64,000 bases of DNA from an uncultured Candidatus Binatia bacterium (GTDB lineage Bacteria; Desulfobacterota; Binatia; UBA9968; JAJDTQ01): positions 2,368,001 through 2,432,000 of the forward strand of contig OZ251459.1 in the NCBI GenBank assembly GCA_965242525.1, read 5' to 3'. The notes below the pieces were generated by a model. That model was not told where the DNA came from. It saw only the letters and a program-made list of their open reading frames with translations, and did not search any database. This document shows positions 38,258 to 48,362 of the stretch, piece after piece. The translations under genes and the position numbers were made by a program. The stretch's first letter is position 1. Every line of letters begins with the position of its first letter.

Positions 38258-38767
38258 GGGCTCTTCGGGAATTCGTGTGGATTGTGACACTCCCCACGCA
38301 CACGATGAAGTCGGCTTTCTTCCCATTCCGACCATGCCGTCTTCGGTTTGGCGTCGCGGACGCCCCACTCCGTCATTCCCGCGAAAGCATGTCCTCGCGG
38401 AAGCGGGGGCGGGAATCCACTTTTCTCGACTTCGGGAACCTCTGAACAATCGAGACATCCAGGATGGATTCCCTCACCCTGACCCTGTCTCCGTTCGTCC
38501 TGAGCGTAGCGAAGCGAAGTCGAAGGACGCGCTCATGCCCCCTGCCCTGATTGATCAGAGGTTCCTTCGTTGTCAAAATGGATGGATTCCCGCCCCCGCT
38601 TCCGCGAGGACATGCTTTCGCGGGAATGACGGAGTAGGCGTCTGTGGGAATGACGGGGGTAGGCGTCTGCCGGAATGACGGCGTAGGCGTCTGCGGAGCA
38701 ACGACGGCGTGACCCCTGTCGCTCCCGTCTCCCTCCTGTCTTACCCATACGAAAGCCGGAAGCGCCT
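38258..38767. mobile_element. Composite element of the second family (imperfect TIRs, dRS3-like pair) with a nested MITE
   Basis: Left end GGCTCTTCGGGAATTCGTGTGG vs right-end reverse complement GGCGCTTCCGGCTTTCGTATGG; internal ~50-bp inverted repeat. Confidence 0.6.
38435..38565. mobile_element. MITE copy with TTCG target duplication
   Basis: GGAACCTCTGAACAATCG...TGATTGATCAGAGGTTCC; TTCG at 38431-38434 and 38566-38569. Confidence 0.85.
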
Positions 38768-38775
38768 CCTTGAGA

Positions 38776-38804
38776 TTGACGGGCGCGGCCGCGGGACTTA
38801 GACT
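38776..38804 (+). promoter_or_regulatory. Sigma70-like promoter, probably leaderless transcript
   Basis: TTGACG-17 bp-TAGACT, 6 bp before ATG 38811; no SD sequence. Confidence 0.5.
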
Positions 38805-38810
38805 TGGCCG

Positions 38811-40181
38811 ATGGACCTGCGAACTTACCTCGAGTCCGTGAGGCGTGCGGCGCCCGACCGGCTGCTGGAGGTCACCGACAAGCACGACATCCGACTGGAG
38901 GTCTGCGCCATGATCGCCGACCTGGAGAAGCGCAAGCAGGACCCGCTGGTGCTCTTTTCCCACATCGACAACCTGAGCGGCGAGCCGTCGGAGTTCCCGC
39001 TGTTGATGAACGTGTTCGCGTCCCGCGCCGCCTGCGCCGCGGCCCTTGGCCTTGCGCCCGAGCAGGCCGGACGGGAGCTGATGATCGAGTTCCAGGCCCG
39101 GGAGGCGCGGCGGGAAACGCCGGTGGTCGTGGGCGCGGACGACGCTCCGGTGAAGCAGGTCAAGATGGACCCCAACCTCCACTTCCTGCCGGTGTTGACG
39201 CACCACGTGGCGGACCGGGGCCCCTACCTCACCATGACGTGGTCCGCCCGGGATCCGGACACGGGCATCTACAATTCCTCTTTCCACCGCTGCTACGTGC
39301 GCGACCCGAACCACGTGGTGATGTTCTTCGAGCGCCGCCACCTCTGGGACTACTACGTGCGCGCGGAACGACGCAACGAGGCGCTGCCGGTGGCCTGCGT
39401 CGTCGGGCACCACCCGGCCTACTACCTGGGCAACTGCATCCTCAACGGCATTGCCGACGACGAGTACGAGAGCATCGGGGGGCTCATGGGAGAGCCGCTA
39501 CGGCTGGTGGCGTCCGAGACCTTCGGCGAGGAGTTGCTGGTGCCCGCGGACGCCGAGATGGTCATCGAAGGCCGCGCGCTGCCGCACCAACGGGACATGG
39601 AAGGGCCGTTCGGCGACTTCACCGGCCTGTACGGGGCCGCGGGCGAAGCCCCCGTGGTGGAGGTCACCGCCATCACCCATCGTCGGGGCGCGTACTGCAT
39701 GGACGTCCTGGCGGGCCATCGAGACCATCGCCTGCTGGGCGCCGTGCCCAAGGAGGGCAGCATCTACCGCAAGGTCCGAGCGGTGGTGCCCACCGTGAGT
39801 TCGGTGTGCCTGCCCATGAGCGGCGCCGGCCGGTTCCACTGCTACATCAGCATCGACAAGCGCTGCGAGGGCGAGGCCAAACTGGCGGCCATGGCCGCGT
39901 TCACCGGGTCGGAATTGCTCAAGCACGTGGTCGTGGTGGACGCGGACATCGACGTGTATGACGAGGAAGAGGTGCTCTGGGCGGTGGCCACCCGGGTGGA
40001 CGCGGCCACCGACGTCTCGATCATCGACCGGGTCAAGGGCAGCCGCCTGGACCCCGTGCATCCGGGCCGGGACTGGGGCTCGAAGCTCATCATCGATGCC
40101 TGCCGGAACGAGGGCATCGAGTTCCCCGAGCGCATCGCTACGGCCGGGTACGGGAAGCGGGCAGGGGAATCCCGCGGGTGA
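38811..40181 (+). CDS. UbiD family (prFMN) decarboxylase
   Basis: MDLRTYLE, DRGPYLT, YNSSFHR, EGPFGDFTG and VVVDADIDV...EVLWAVATR motifs. Confidence 0.9.
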   Translation: MDLRTYLESVRRAAPDRLLEVTDKHDIRLEVCAMIADLEKRKQDPLVLFSHIDNLSGEPSEFPLLMNVFASRAACAAALGLAPEQAGRELMIEFQAREARRETPVVVGADDAPVKQVKMDPNLHFLPVLTHHVADRGPYLTMTWSARDPDTGIYNSSFHRCYVRDPNHVVMFFERRHLWDYYVRAERRNEALPVACVVGHHPAYYLGNCILNGIADDEYESIGGLMGEPLRLVASETFGEELLVPADAEMVIEGRALPHQRDMEGPFGDFTGLYGAAGEAPVVEVTAITHRRGAYCMDVLAGHRDHRLLGAVPKEGSIYRKVRAVVPTVSSVCLPMSGAGRFHCYISIDKRCEGEAKLAAMAAFTGSELLKHVVVVDADIDVYDEEEVLWAVATRVDAATDVSIIDRVKGSRLDPVHPGRDWGSKLIIDACRNEGIEFPERIATAGYGKRAGESRG

Positions 40182-40227
40182 AGGAAACCGACGGACGGCA
40201 GGGGTCCGGCGTTCAGGAGTAGGGTAT

Positions 40228-40695
40228 ATGCCTTGGTGGGGCTGGGTGAGCTTCGGCATCGTCTTGATGGGGTTGGAGTTGACCGCCGTGGACGCCGCCT
40301 TCTACCTCGTTTTCGTCGGAGCCGCGGCGGTCTGCGTGGGGGTCCTGGGGTTTGCGGGAGTGGCCATGCCCGTCTGGGGCCAACTGCTCGCGTTCGCGGC
40401 GCTTGCCGTCGTATCCATGGTGTGGTTCCGGCGCAAGCTCTACGACAAGGTCCGGGGCGGACTGCCGGGCTTCGAGTACGAGGTGGCCGGCACGGTGGTG
40501 TCGGTCCGGGAAGAGGTGCCCCGCGGGGGGCGGACGCGGGTCCGCATGCAGGGGACGCAGTGGGCCGCGGTGAACGTCGGGCCGGCGTCCATCCCCGCGG
40601 GCGCCCGTGCGCGCGTGGTCCGGAGGGACGGCGTGGGCCTGTCCATCGAGGGGCTTGCGGACGACGAGGGGAAACCATCCGAGGAGGAGAAATAA
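40228..40695 (+). CDS. NfeD family membrane protein
   Basis: Three N-terminal TMs, OB-fold GRTRVRMQGTQWAA; upstream of an SPFH gene; AGGAG RBS. Confidence 0.85.
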   Translation: MPWWGWVSFGIVLMGLELTAVDAAFYLVFVGAAAVCVGVLGFAGVAMPVWGQLLAFAALAVVSMVWFRRKLYDKVRGGLPGFEYEVAGTVVSVREEVPRGGRTRVRMQGTQWAAVNVGPASIPAGARARVVRRDGVGLSIEGLADDEGKPSEEEK

Positions 40696-41673
40696 ATGGA
40701 AGCGAACCTGGGGAGCTTGGGGAATATCGGTCTTCTGGTCACCGCGGTGGTCATCGCCGTCGTCGTGCTGGTGGTGCTCATCAAGACCGCGGTGGTGGTG
40801 CCTCAGCAGAACGCCTACGTGGTGGAGAACCTGGGCAAGTACTCGCGCACGCTCAGGCCCGGTTTCAACATCCTGGTGCCGTTCCTGGAGCGGGTCGCAT
40901 ACCGGCACAGCCTCAAGGAGCACGCCCTGGACATCGAGGAGCAGATCTGCATCACCGCAGACAACGTCCAGGTGGGCGTGGACGGAGTCCTCTACCTCCA
41001 GGTGATGGACGCGCAAAGGGCGTCCTACGGCATCGGCGATTTCGTGTTCGCCATCTCGCAGCTCGCGCAGACCACCCTGCGCAGCGAGATCGGCAAGATC
41101 GAGCTGGACAAGACCTTCGAGGAGCGGGGCCACATCAACCAGTCCGTGGTGGCGGAACTCGACCAGGCGTCCGACCCCTGGGGCGTCAAGGTGCTCCGGT
41201 ACGAGATCAAGAACATCAACCCGCCTGCGGACGTGCTTTCCGCCATGGAGAAGCAGATGCGCGCGGAGCGGGAGAAGCGCGCCACGATCCTGCAGTCGGA
41301 AGGCGAACGGGACGCCAAGATCAACGAGGCCGAAGCCGAGAAGCAACGGGTCATCAAGGCTTCGGAGGCGGCCAAGCAGCAGCAGATCAACGAGGCGGAA
41401 GGCGAGGCCGCGGCCATCCTGGCGGTGGCCGGAGCCACCGCCGAAGGCCTGAAGAAGGTAGCGGAGGCGCTGGATTCGGACGGCGGCGACAAGGCCATGC
41501 AGCTCCGGGTGGCGGAGAACTACCTGGAGCGCTTCGGCAACCTGGCCAAGCAGGGCAACACGCTCATCGTCCCCGCGAACCTGAGCGACGTATCGTCCAT
41601 GATCGGCGCCGCCACCACCGTCCTGCGAAGCACCATGGGGAGGAGCGACCGGGAGCCGGGCCAAACCGGGTAA
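40696..41673 (+). CDS. SPFH/stomatin-like (QmcA-like) protein
   Basis: VVENLGKY, ITADNVQV.VDGVLY, LAQTTLRSEIG, WGVKVLRYEIK and QMRAEREKRA motifs. Confidence 0.93.
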   Translation: MEANLGSLGNIGLLVTAVVIAVVVLVVLIKTAVVVPQQNAYVVENLGKYSRTLRPGFNILVPFLERVAYRHSLKEHALDIEEQICITADNVQVGVDGVLYLQVMDAQRASYGIGDFVFAISQLAQTTLRSEIGKIELDKTFEERGHINQSVVAELDQASDPWGVKVLRYEIKNINPPADVLSAMEKQMRAEREKRATILQSEGERDAKINEAEAEKQRVIKASEAAKQQQINEAEGEAAAILAVAGATAEGLKKVAEALDSDGGDKAMQLRVAENYLERFGNLAKQGNTLIVPANLSDVSSMIGAATTVLRSTMGRSDREPGQTG

Positions 41674-41713
41674 CGGCCCGCGCCGGGAACGGCGACGGCA
41701 GGGCGGGCAGCCC

Positions 41714-42052
41714 GTGGAACCCCTTCCGTCCGCAGGCCGCCCGCGCATGGGAGCTTTGGCGACAGACCCGAAAGCGGTGGCGTTGCTCGCAGGGTTGGTA
41801 CGCGCCTTCCGGGCGGGCGACGTGGAGATGCGCTTCGACGAGGCGGACCGTGCAGTCCTGGACACGCTGTCCGCGGAAGGACTGGTGGACCTCTCCAACG
41901 ACGGCTTCCGTCTGACCGGGACCGCAGGCTCCTATGCGGTGCGGTCCCCGGTCCCGCCGGTCACCTCCAAGGGGGTCCTCTACCTGGAGCGCCTCCCCAT
42001 CGACGAGTTCGCGGACCGACCGGGCCTGTTCCGGTTCCTGGGCTGGCTGTAG
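41714..42052 (+). CDS. Hypothetical protein
   Basis: ORF filling the gap with high-GC codon pattern; no motif recognised. Confidence 0.4.
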   Translation: MEPLPSAGRPRMGALATDPKAVALLAGLVRAFRAGDVEMRFDEADRAVLDTLSAEGLVDLSNDGFRLTGTAGSYAVRSPVPPVTSKGVLYLERLPIDEFADRPGLFRFLGWL

Positions 42053-42078
42053 GCTGGCCGTAATACGGCAGGGACGCC

Positions 42079-43792
42079 ATGAAAGAGAGGCGCGCGACCG
42101 ACGAAGCCCCGTTTCGGCCCGCGGCAATGCCGGCGCCGCGGGACGGGGACCGGCCCACGGTCCATGCCGACCGTGTCGGTGAGTGGTATGCCGCGGGGAA
42201 GTCCGACGAGCACAAGAAGGGTCACGGCCTCTACCTGACGCCTGTCCGCGTGGCCGACTTCATGGCCGAGCGGATTCGAGTGACCGGAGCGAGAGGCCGC
42301 ATCCTCGACCCGGCCGCGGGCGCCGGCATCCTGTGTTGCGCCGCGGTGGAAGCGTTGGCCTCCCGGGATCCCGGGCCGGAGGCCATCGAGTTGGTTGCCC
42401 ATGATGTCGATGAGGACCTGGTCCCGCCGTTGCGCGGAGTCCTGGGCCATCTTGCCGACTGGTGCCGCCGCCAACATGGGGTGACCGTGACCGTCCGTGT
42501 CGAACCCGGTGATTTCGTCATGGCGCATGCCGAGGCGTTGCGGCTGTTCGGGGGGGTTCCTGCCCTATCGGTTCGAGGAGCAGGGCTTCGACGCGGTGAT
42601 CTCCAACCCGCCCTATTTCAAGATCGGCAAGGGTGACCCGCGGGCGGCCGCGGCATCCACCGTGGTCCACGGTCAGCCGAACATCTACGCTCTTTTCATG
42701 GCGGTAGGCGCCGCGCTTCTGCGCAGGCAGGGGCGTTTCGTCTCCATCACGCCGCGCAGCTTCGCATCCGGCCCTTACTTCCGACGGTTCCGCACCACTT
42801 TCTTCGACCTGGTCCGGCCGGTGGAGGTCCACGTGTTCGGGTCCCGGCGGGACACTTTCGGCCGGGACGAGGTGTTGCAGGAAAACGTGATCCTGTCGGG
42901 CATCCGTCAGGACTACCGCGGCCGGGACGGCGCCGAAAGGCGGCTGGTCCTTTCGTCGAGCCGGGGGGTCCGCGACATCAGAGAACCCGACCGCCGTGAG
43001 GTTCCGTTGGACTTGGCCCTGGATTCCGCTTCCGCGGACAGGGTGCTCCGGTTGCCGCTCTGCGACGAGGATGAAGAAGCGCTGGCGTTGGTGGATTCGT
43101 GGCCGAGCAGCCTTCGCGCCCTGGGGTTGAACGTCTCCACCGGCCCGGTGGCGCCGTTTCGTGCAACGGAGTTCGTCTGCACGGAGGGCAGGGCGCCGAC
43201 GAGCCACGCGCCGCTCCTGTGGATGAACCATGTGCGCGCCATGAAGGTCACGTGGCCGCTCGCGGGGCACAAGCCCGAATACATCAGGCGGTCCGGCGCC
43301 AAGGCGCTGCTGACCCCCAGCCGGAACTACGTTCTCCTGCGTCGGTTCAGCGCCAAGGAAGAGGCGCGTCGGCTGACCGCGGCTCCGTACATCGCGGCGG
43401 ATTTCGGGGTCCCGGACGTAGGGTTCGAGAACCATCTCAACTACGTCCACCGACCGGGCGGCGCCCTCTCCGAAGACGAATCCTGGGGTTTGGCGGCACT
43501 CTACAACAGCCGTCTTCTGGACACCTGGTTCCGCACGGTCAACGGCAACACTCAAGTGAGCGCCACCGAGTTGCGCGCGATGCCGCTTCCGGCCCACGAG
43601 ACGATCATCGCCCTCGGCCGACGGTCAAGGCGGCTTGCCGACCCCATGAAGGATCTGGATGCGCTCGTCACGGACACGGTGGTCCGTACCGGTCGGGAAG
43701 GGGAAGCGGGGTGCTTTCCGGGTGCTCGGCCGGACTGGCGCGGGTCAGTGCGTTTCCGGATTTCGGAGAACTCCGGAAGCGCTCGAAGGTGA
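42079..43792 (+). pseudogene. BsuBI/PstI-Eco57I-like N6-adenine methyltransferase, frameshifted in a G7 tract
   Basis: Frame A: YLTP and ILDPAAGAGIL; frame B: ISNPPYFK, NIYALF, ITPRSFASG and FENHLN; deleting one G at 42550-42556 joins them. Confidence 0.85.
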
Positions 43793-43803
43793 CCGCAGGC
43801 GCG

Positions 43804-44811
43804 TCACCGGGCGTCGTCGGACCCGTCCTCGTCGGATTCCGGGACCCATCCTTCGCCGAATTCGTCGGATTCCCGGAAGCCTTCCGTGCGCCACTCGTCG
43901 ATGAGTTGCCGGACGGGTATCTTGCGCCGCATGAGGCCCTTCATCAGGTCCTTGTACAGGGGCGCCACGGGGGTCTGGGCGTTGATGGGGCAGACCGTCA
44001 GACAGACCTTGCAGCCCTCGTACTCCTCAAAGAACGGGCGGCACGTGGGAGTGTCCACGTGCCAGCGCACGGCGCCGAACACCTCCTGTTTCCTGGGTAC
44101 GATGGAGTCTCCGGGGCAGAAGTTCGTGCACGCGTTGCAGCGCAGGCAGAAGTCGTCGAAGCCGTAGTCGGCCGGCTTCGCCTCCGCGACCAGGGGCATC
44201 TCCGTGGTGACCGCGCCGAGACGCACGCTCGGACCGAACTTCTTGGTGATGAGGGAGCCGTGGCGGCCGAGCTCGCCGAGGCCGGCCTTCCAGGCCACCG
44301 GAATGAAGAGCAGGTCGCCTTCGTTGGGGTATCCCACCGCGTGGTAGCCGTAGGCGCGGATGTACTGGGCCAGCCGCACGGAAACGTCGGACAACAGGTA
44401 ATAGACCTTGTGCACTTCCATCTGCGCCAACGGGCCCAGCCGCTTCATCTCCACGAAATCCATGTGGATGGCGAAGACCATGGCCACCTTGTGCCCCTCG
44501 GGCGCCCGGGCGCCGCGCACGAAGTCGAACTCGTCGATGGGGGCCACGCCCACGAGGTCGGCCCCCATGTCCAGGGCCGCCTTCTTGAAGGTGCGGGTGA
44601 CCCCCGCCCAGTCGCCGGTCTCCAGGCGGTCGGGGTTCACCGGGCCGTCGTGCAGCTTGCGGCGGTCGTGGTCCTCCCGCATGAACATGAACCGCCGCGT
44701 CTGCGGATGGCGCCTGGCCTTGGTGGTCGCGCCCTTCTTCTTGTCGGGGAACGGCCATTGCTTGACCGCCTGCTCCCGACGCTCCGTGAACAGGATGCCG
44801 CTGGGTTCCAT
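43804..44811 (-). CDS. Reductive dehalogenase / QueG-superfamily 2x[4Fe-4S] protein
   Basis: GADLVGV, AGLGELGRHGSLIT..FGPSVRL..VTT, FCLRCNACTNFCP and C...CKVCLTVCP motifs. Confidence 0.8.
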   Translation of the reverse strand: MEPSGILFTERREQAVKQWPFPDKKKGATTKARRHPQTRRFMFMREDHDRRKLHDGPVNPDRLETGDWAGVTRTFKKAALDMGADLVGVAPIDEFDFVRGARAPEGHKVAMVFAIHMDFVEMKRLGPLAQMEVHKVYYLLSDVSVRLAQYIRAYGYHAVGYPNEGDLLFIPVAWKAGLGELGRHGSLITKKFGPSVRLGAVTTEMPLVAEAKPADYGFDDFCLRCNACTNFCPGDSIVPRKQEVFGAVRWHVDTPTCRPFFEEYEGCKVCLTVCPINAQTPVAPLYKDLMKGLMRRKIPVRQLIDEWRTEGFRESDEFGEGWVPESDEDGSDDAR

Positions 44812-44965
44812 GGATCGTCCCTCCCCCTGCGTTGGCGCAACCGGACCGGCTTCAGACTCGCGACGACACGGATCTTACCAGACCGGCCCCGCGGATTCCA
44901 CGGGATTCATGGTCCGCCAAGTCCACCGTCGAAGACGGGAGGACCTTGTTGGAGCCCGCATGAAA

Positions 44966-45106
44966 GGAACCTCGGAACAATCGGGACAGGGGACATGAGC
45001 GCGTCCTTCGACTTCGCTCCGCTACGCTCAGGACGAACGGAGATAGGGGCGTCAGGATGAGGGAATCGGGAATCCATCCCGGATGTCTCGATTGTTCAGG
45101 GGTTCC
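44966..45106. mobile_element. MITE copy with GAAA target duplication
   Basis: GGAACCTCGGAACAATCG...CGATTGTTCAGGGGTTCC; GAAA at 44962-44965 and 45107-45110. Confidence 0.85.
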
Positions 45107-45240
45107 GAAAGCGGGTCGAGACGGTGGTTGCGTCCTCCTGCGGTCCCTGTCCCGGCGCCGGGCAGTCCGTTGGTACGCGGCCCGCCCTTGTGTTGTCCAG
45201 TCGGCTTCACTACGGTGCGGAATGACCGACATCGACATCG

Positions 45241-45381
45241 GGAACCTCTGAACAATCGGGACAGGGGGCATGAGCGGGTCCTTCGACTTCGCTACGCTAC
45301 GCTCAGGACGAACGGGGACAGGGGCGTCAGGATGCGGGAATCGGGAATCCATCCCGGATGTCTCGATTGTTCAGAGGTTCC
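45241..45381. mobile_element. MITE copy with perfect 18-bp TIR and ATCG target duplication
   Basis: GGAACCTCTGAACAATCG...CGATTGTTCAGAGGTTCC; ATCG on both flanks. Confidence 0.9.
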
Positions 45382-45423
45382 ATCGGTTCGTGCGCGGCCG
45401 CAGCGGCCGGGAGGAGTACTGAG

Positions 45424-47115
45424 ATGCAGACGACAGCGGGACATGCGGTGGCCGAAGTCCTGGCGCAGCTCGGCGTCCGCAAGGTGATGGGCGTCGTGGG
45501 GTCGTGCATGCTGGAGATCCTCGACGGCATGTATGGCCGGGACGACATCGGCTTCCTGTCCACCCGCCACGAGCAGGCCGCGGCCCTCATGGCGGACGGC
45601 TACGCCAGGGTCGCCGGCCGTCCGGGCGTGTGCATCGCCACCAACGGTCCGGGCGCCACCAACCTGTTGACCGGCGTGGCCAACGCCTTCCACGCACAGA
45701 GTCCGGTGCTGGTCATCACCGGCGCGCCCATGATGAAGGACATGTTCCGCGATTCGAGCCAGGAGATCGACCAGCAGGCCCTGTTCCGGCCCGTGGTCAA
45801 ATGGTCGGTGCAGGTGCGCAAGCCCGAGCTGGCCGCGGCCCTGACGCGGGAAGCCTACGAGCGGACCGTGGCGGGAATCCCCGGACCCGTGCACCTGGAC
45901 CTTCCGCGGGACGTGCTGAACGAGAGCGTCGAAGCGCCGGACCTGGGCCGCCTGCTGCGGGGCCAAGTGGCGGCGCCGGCCCCCGACGCCCGGTCCGTGG
46001 CCGCGGCCGCGGGTCTGCTGGAGAAGGCCCGGCGCCCGTTGCTGCTGGCCGGCGGCGGGGTGCTCTGGAGCCGGGCGAGCGACGAGCTCGTGGCCCTGTC
46101 GAAGCGGCTCGACGCGCCGGTGATGTGCTCCACCGGCAGGGACGACGTGGCGCCGCATTCGTATCCGCTGTACCTCGGCGCCATCGGGCGCGGGGCCCTG
46201 CCCGAGGCCCGGGCGCTGTTCGAGGAGGCGGACCTGGTGCTCGCGGTGGGCGCCAGCCTGGGCCACCTGACCACGTTCTGGCGCCCGGACTTCTTCGCCC
46301 CCAGGACGAAACTGGTCCACGCGGCCCAGGACCGGAGCAACATCGGCCGGGTCTATCCGGTGGAGGTGGGCATCCACGCCGAGGCCCGGGCCGTGCTCAC
46401 GGCCCTGTCGAAGGCGGTGAAGCGGAAAGGGGGCGACCGGCCGGGCTGGCTGAGGAAGGCGGCCAGGGTGCGGGCGGCGCAGGAGGCCCATCGGGACCGG
46501 GCGTCCCGTTACGACGGCCGCCCCATCGACCCCCGGCGCGCCCACGCGGCGCTGCGCAAGGTCTTGCCCAGGGACGCCATCATCGCCATCGACGCAGGCG
46601 TGGGTCCCGGTTACGTGTACGAGTACCAGACCTTCGAGCTTCCCGGGAGCCTGCTGGCGCCCCAGGGACTCGCGGCCATCGGCGTCGGCTATCCCGTGGG
46701 GCTCGGGGCCAAGCTCGCCGCGCCCCGGCGTCCGGTGGTCACCGTCAGCGGCGACGGCTCGTTCCTCTACAACGGCGCCGAACTGGAGACGGCCGTGCGC
46801 GAAGGCATCCCCACCACCTGCATCATCCTGAACAACTTCAACTACGCCTCCGAGCGCGCCTACCAGAAGTACTACTACGACGGGCGTTACATCGGCGACG
46901 CCATCGGCAACCCGCCCTTCGACGAGTACGCGCAGGTCTTCGGAGCCGCCGGCCTCAAGGTCACCGATCCCGGGGAACTCGAAGACGCGTTCGCCGAAGC
47001 CCTCCGGCTGGGCCGGACCCAGCCCGTGCTGGTGGACGTCCTGTGCACTCCCGACGTCTTCCCCGAGCCCCGGCGCAAGGAGACCGTGAAGGCGGAACGG
47101 CTGCGGCAGGCGTGA
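45424..47115 (+). CDS. TPP-dependent enzyme (acetolactate synthase / sulfoacetaldehyde acetyltransferase-like)
   Basis: RHEQAAALMADGYAR, NGPGATN and GDGSFLYN.AELETAVR...LNN motifs; GGAGGAG RBS. Confidence 0.88.
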   Translation: MQTTAGHAVAEVLAQLGVRKVMGVVGSCMLEILDGMYGRDDIGFLSTRHEQAAALMADGYARVAGRPGVCIATNGPGATNLLTGVANAFHAQSPVLVITGAPMMKDMFRDSSQEIDQQALFRPVVKWSVQVRKPELAAALTREAYERTVAGIPGPVHLDLPRDVLNESVEAPDLGRLLRGQVAAPAPDARSVAAAAGLLEKARRPLLLAGGGVLWSRASDELVALSKRLDAPVMCSTGRDDVAPHSYPLYLGAIGRGALPEARALFEEADLVLAVGASLGHLTTFWRPDFFAPRTKLVHAAQDRSNIGRVYPVEVGIHAEARAVLTALSKAVKRKGGDRPGWLRKAARVRAAQEAHRDRASRYDGRPIDPRRAHAALRKVLPRDAIIAIDAGVGPGYVYEYQTFELPGSLLAPQGLAAIGVGYPVGLGAKLAAPRRPVVTVSGDGSFLYNGAELETAVREGIPTTCIILNNFNYASERAYQKYYYDGRYIGDAIGNPPFDEYAQVFGAAGLKVTDPGELEDAFAEALRLGRTQPVLVDVLCTPDVFPEPRRKETVKAERLRQA

Positions 47116-47144
47116 TGTGTCCGGCAAGCGAGCGTGAGGAGCGT

Positions 47145-47442
47145 CCGGACAATCGGGACATGGAGGATGGATTCCCTCACCCCGACCCTCCTGTCCCCGT
47201 TCGTCCTGAGCGTAGCGAAGCGAAGTCCCCCGTTCATCCTGAGCGTAGCGAAGCGGAGTCCCCCCGTTCATCCTGAGCGTAGCGAAGCGGAGTCGAAGGA
47301 CGAGATCATGCCCCCTGCCTGACCCGTTCTGCGGATCTGGCAAAGTGGATTCCCGCTTTCGCGGGAATGACGAGGTAGGGCTTTCGCAGGAATTCGCGTG
47401 GGAGGGGAGTGTCGCAACCTACACGAAATCCTGAAGCGCCCC
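47145..47442. repeat. REP-like core cluster plus a partial second-family element
   Basis: Three core copies at 47196-47302; TGGATTCCCGCTTTCGCGGGAATGAC and CACGAAATCCTGAAGCGCCC at 47346-47442. Confidence 0.7.
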
Positions 47443-47481
47443 TGATCGTTCAGGGTCTCCATGAATGATCTGGCGGACTCG

Positions 47482-48300
47482 TCAGTCGGTGATCTCGAAG
47501 CGCAGCAACTCGGCCGGCGTCTTGTAGTAGGCTTCGCGGCAGTCGGCTTCGGACGCGTACCGGCCGGGTTGCATCCGGCGGGCGCGCAGCGAGACCCGGA
47601 GCGGTGATGCGTCGAAGGGGTAGGGCGCCATCTTCACGGAACCGTCGGCGTTGGGCGTGAGGCGCAACTCGACGGCGTCGTCGGGGGCGTAGCCCGCGGG
47701 GATGGGCGCCAGGCGCTCTTCCTCGAACCCGCGTTCGCCGTAACCGTCGCAGCAGAAGTAGAGCGACAGCAGGTCGAAGACCTGGAGCAGACGGTAGTTG
47801 ACCCACAACTCGTCCTCGAAACGCGGGTCGGCGGCAGCGAGGGAACTCTTGTCGCGGCGCTGACGGTCCTCGAGCTCTTCGAGCACGGCCTTGACCCCGG
47901 CGCTGAGTTCCCGCGCCCGCGGCCGGGGGCTCGTCAGCACCTGGTAGCGGCCGAGCCACAAGCCGGTGCGGTGCATGGACACCAGGACGCCGGCGTAGAG
48001 GTCGTGGCCGCGGACCCATTCCACGTTTCGCCGGTAGGCTTGCAGTTCCACGTCCTCGAACGAAGGGATGGTCTCCCGGTGCCCGTACGGCCGGCCCTTC
48101 TCCACGTTCATGCGCGGCGCCCATTCCCATTCCCGGTAGCCGCTGTCATGGTGCGTGGTGGCGAAGACCATGGTGTCGTAGGGCCGGAGCCGCGCGAACC
48201 GACGGTTGCCCCAATGGGCCGCGAACTGCGCCGACAGGTCGGCGTGCTCCTCCTGGGTGCTCACGAAGGTCGAGCCGTCATCGACTTCACGTATGACCAT
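47482..48300 (-). CDS. DUF3891-like protein
   Basis: TQEEHADLSAQFAAHWG, HHDSGY.EWE, LVSMH, LLQVFDLLSLYFC and PYPF motifs. Confidence 0.75.
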   Translation of the reverse strand: MVIREVDDGSTFVSTQEEHADLSAQFAAHWGNRRFARLRPYDTMVFATTHHDSGYREWEWAPRMNVEKGRPYGHRETIPSFEDVELQAYRRNVEWVRGHDLYAGVLVSMHRTGLWLGRYQVLTSPRPRARELSAGVKAVLEELEDRQRRDKSSLAAADPRFEDELWVNYRLLQVFDLLSLYFCCDGYGERGFEEERLAPIPAGYAPDDAVELRLTPNADGSVKMAPYPFDASPLRVSLRARRMQPGRYASEADCREAYYKTPAELLRFEITD

Positions 48301-48362
48301 GGCGTGCCTCCTCTGCCTGTGGACTGCCTTCTTCCCATTTCAGACTGCTTGCGGCGAGTCAA

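Noticed and set aside
38131-38678. Short ORFs containing SPFVLSVAKRSRR / RVLRLRFATLRTNG / SFDFASLRSG peptides
   Set aside because: Translations of the repeat element, not independent genes
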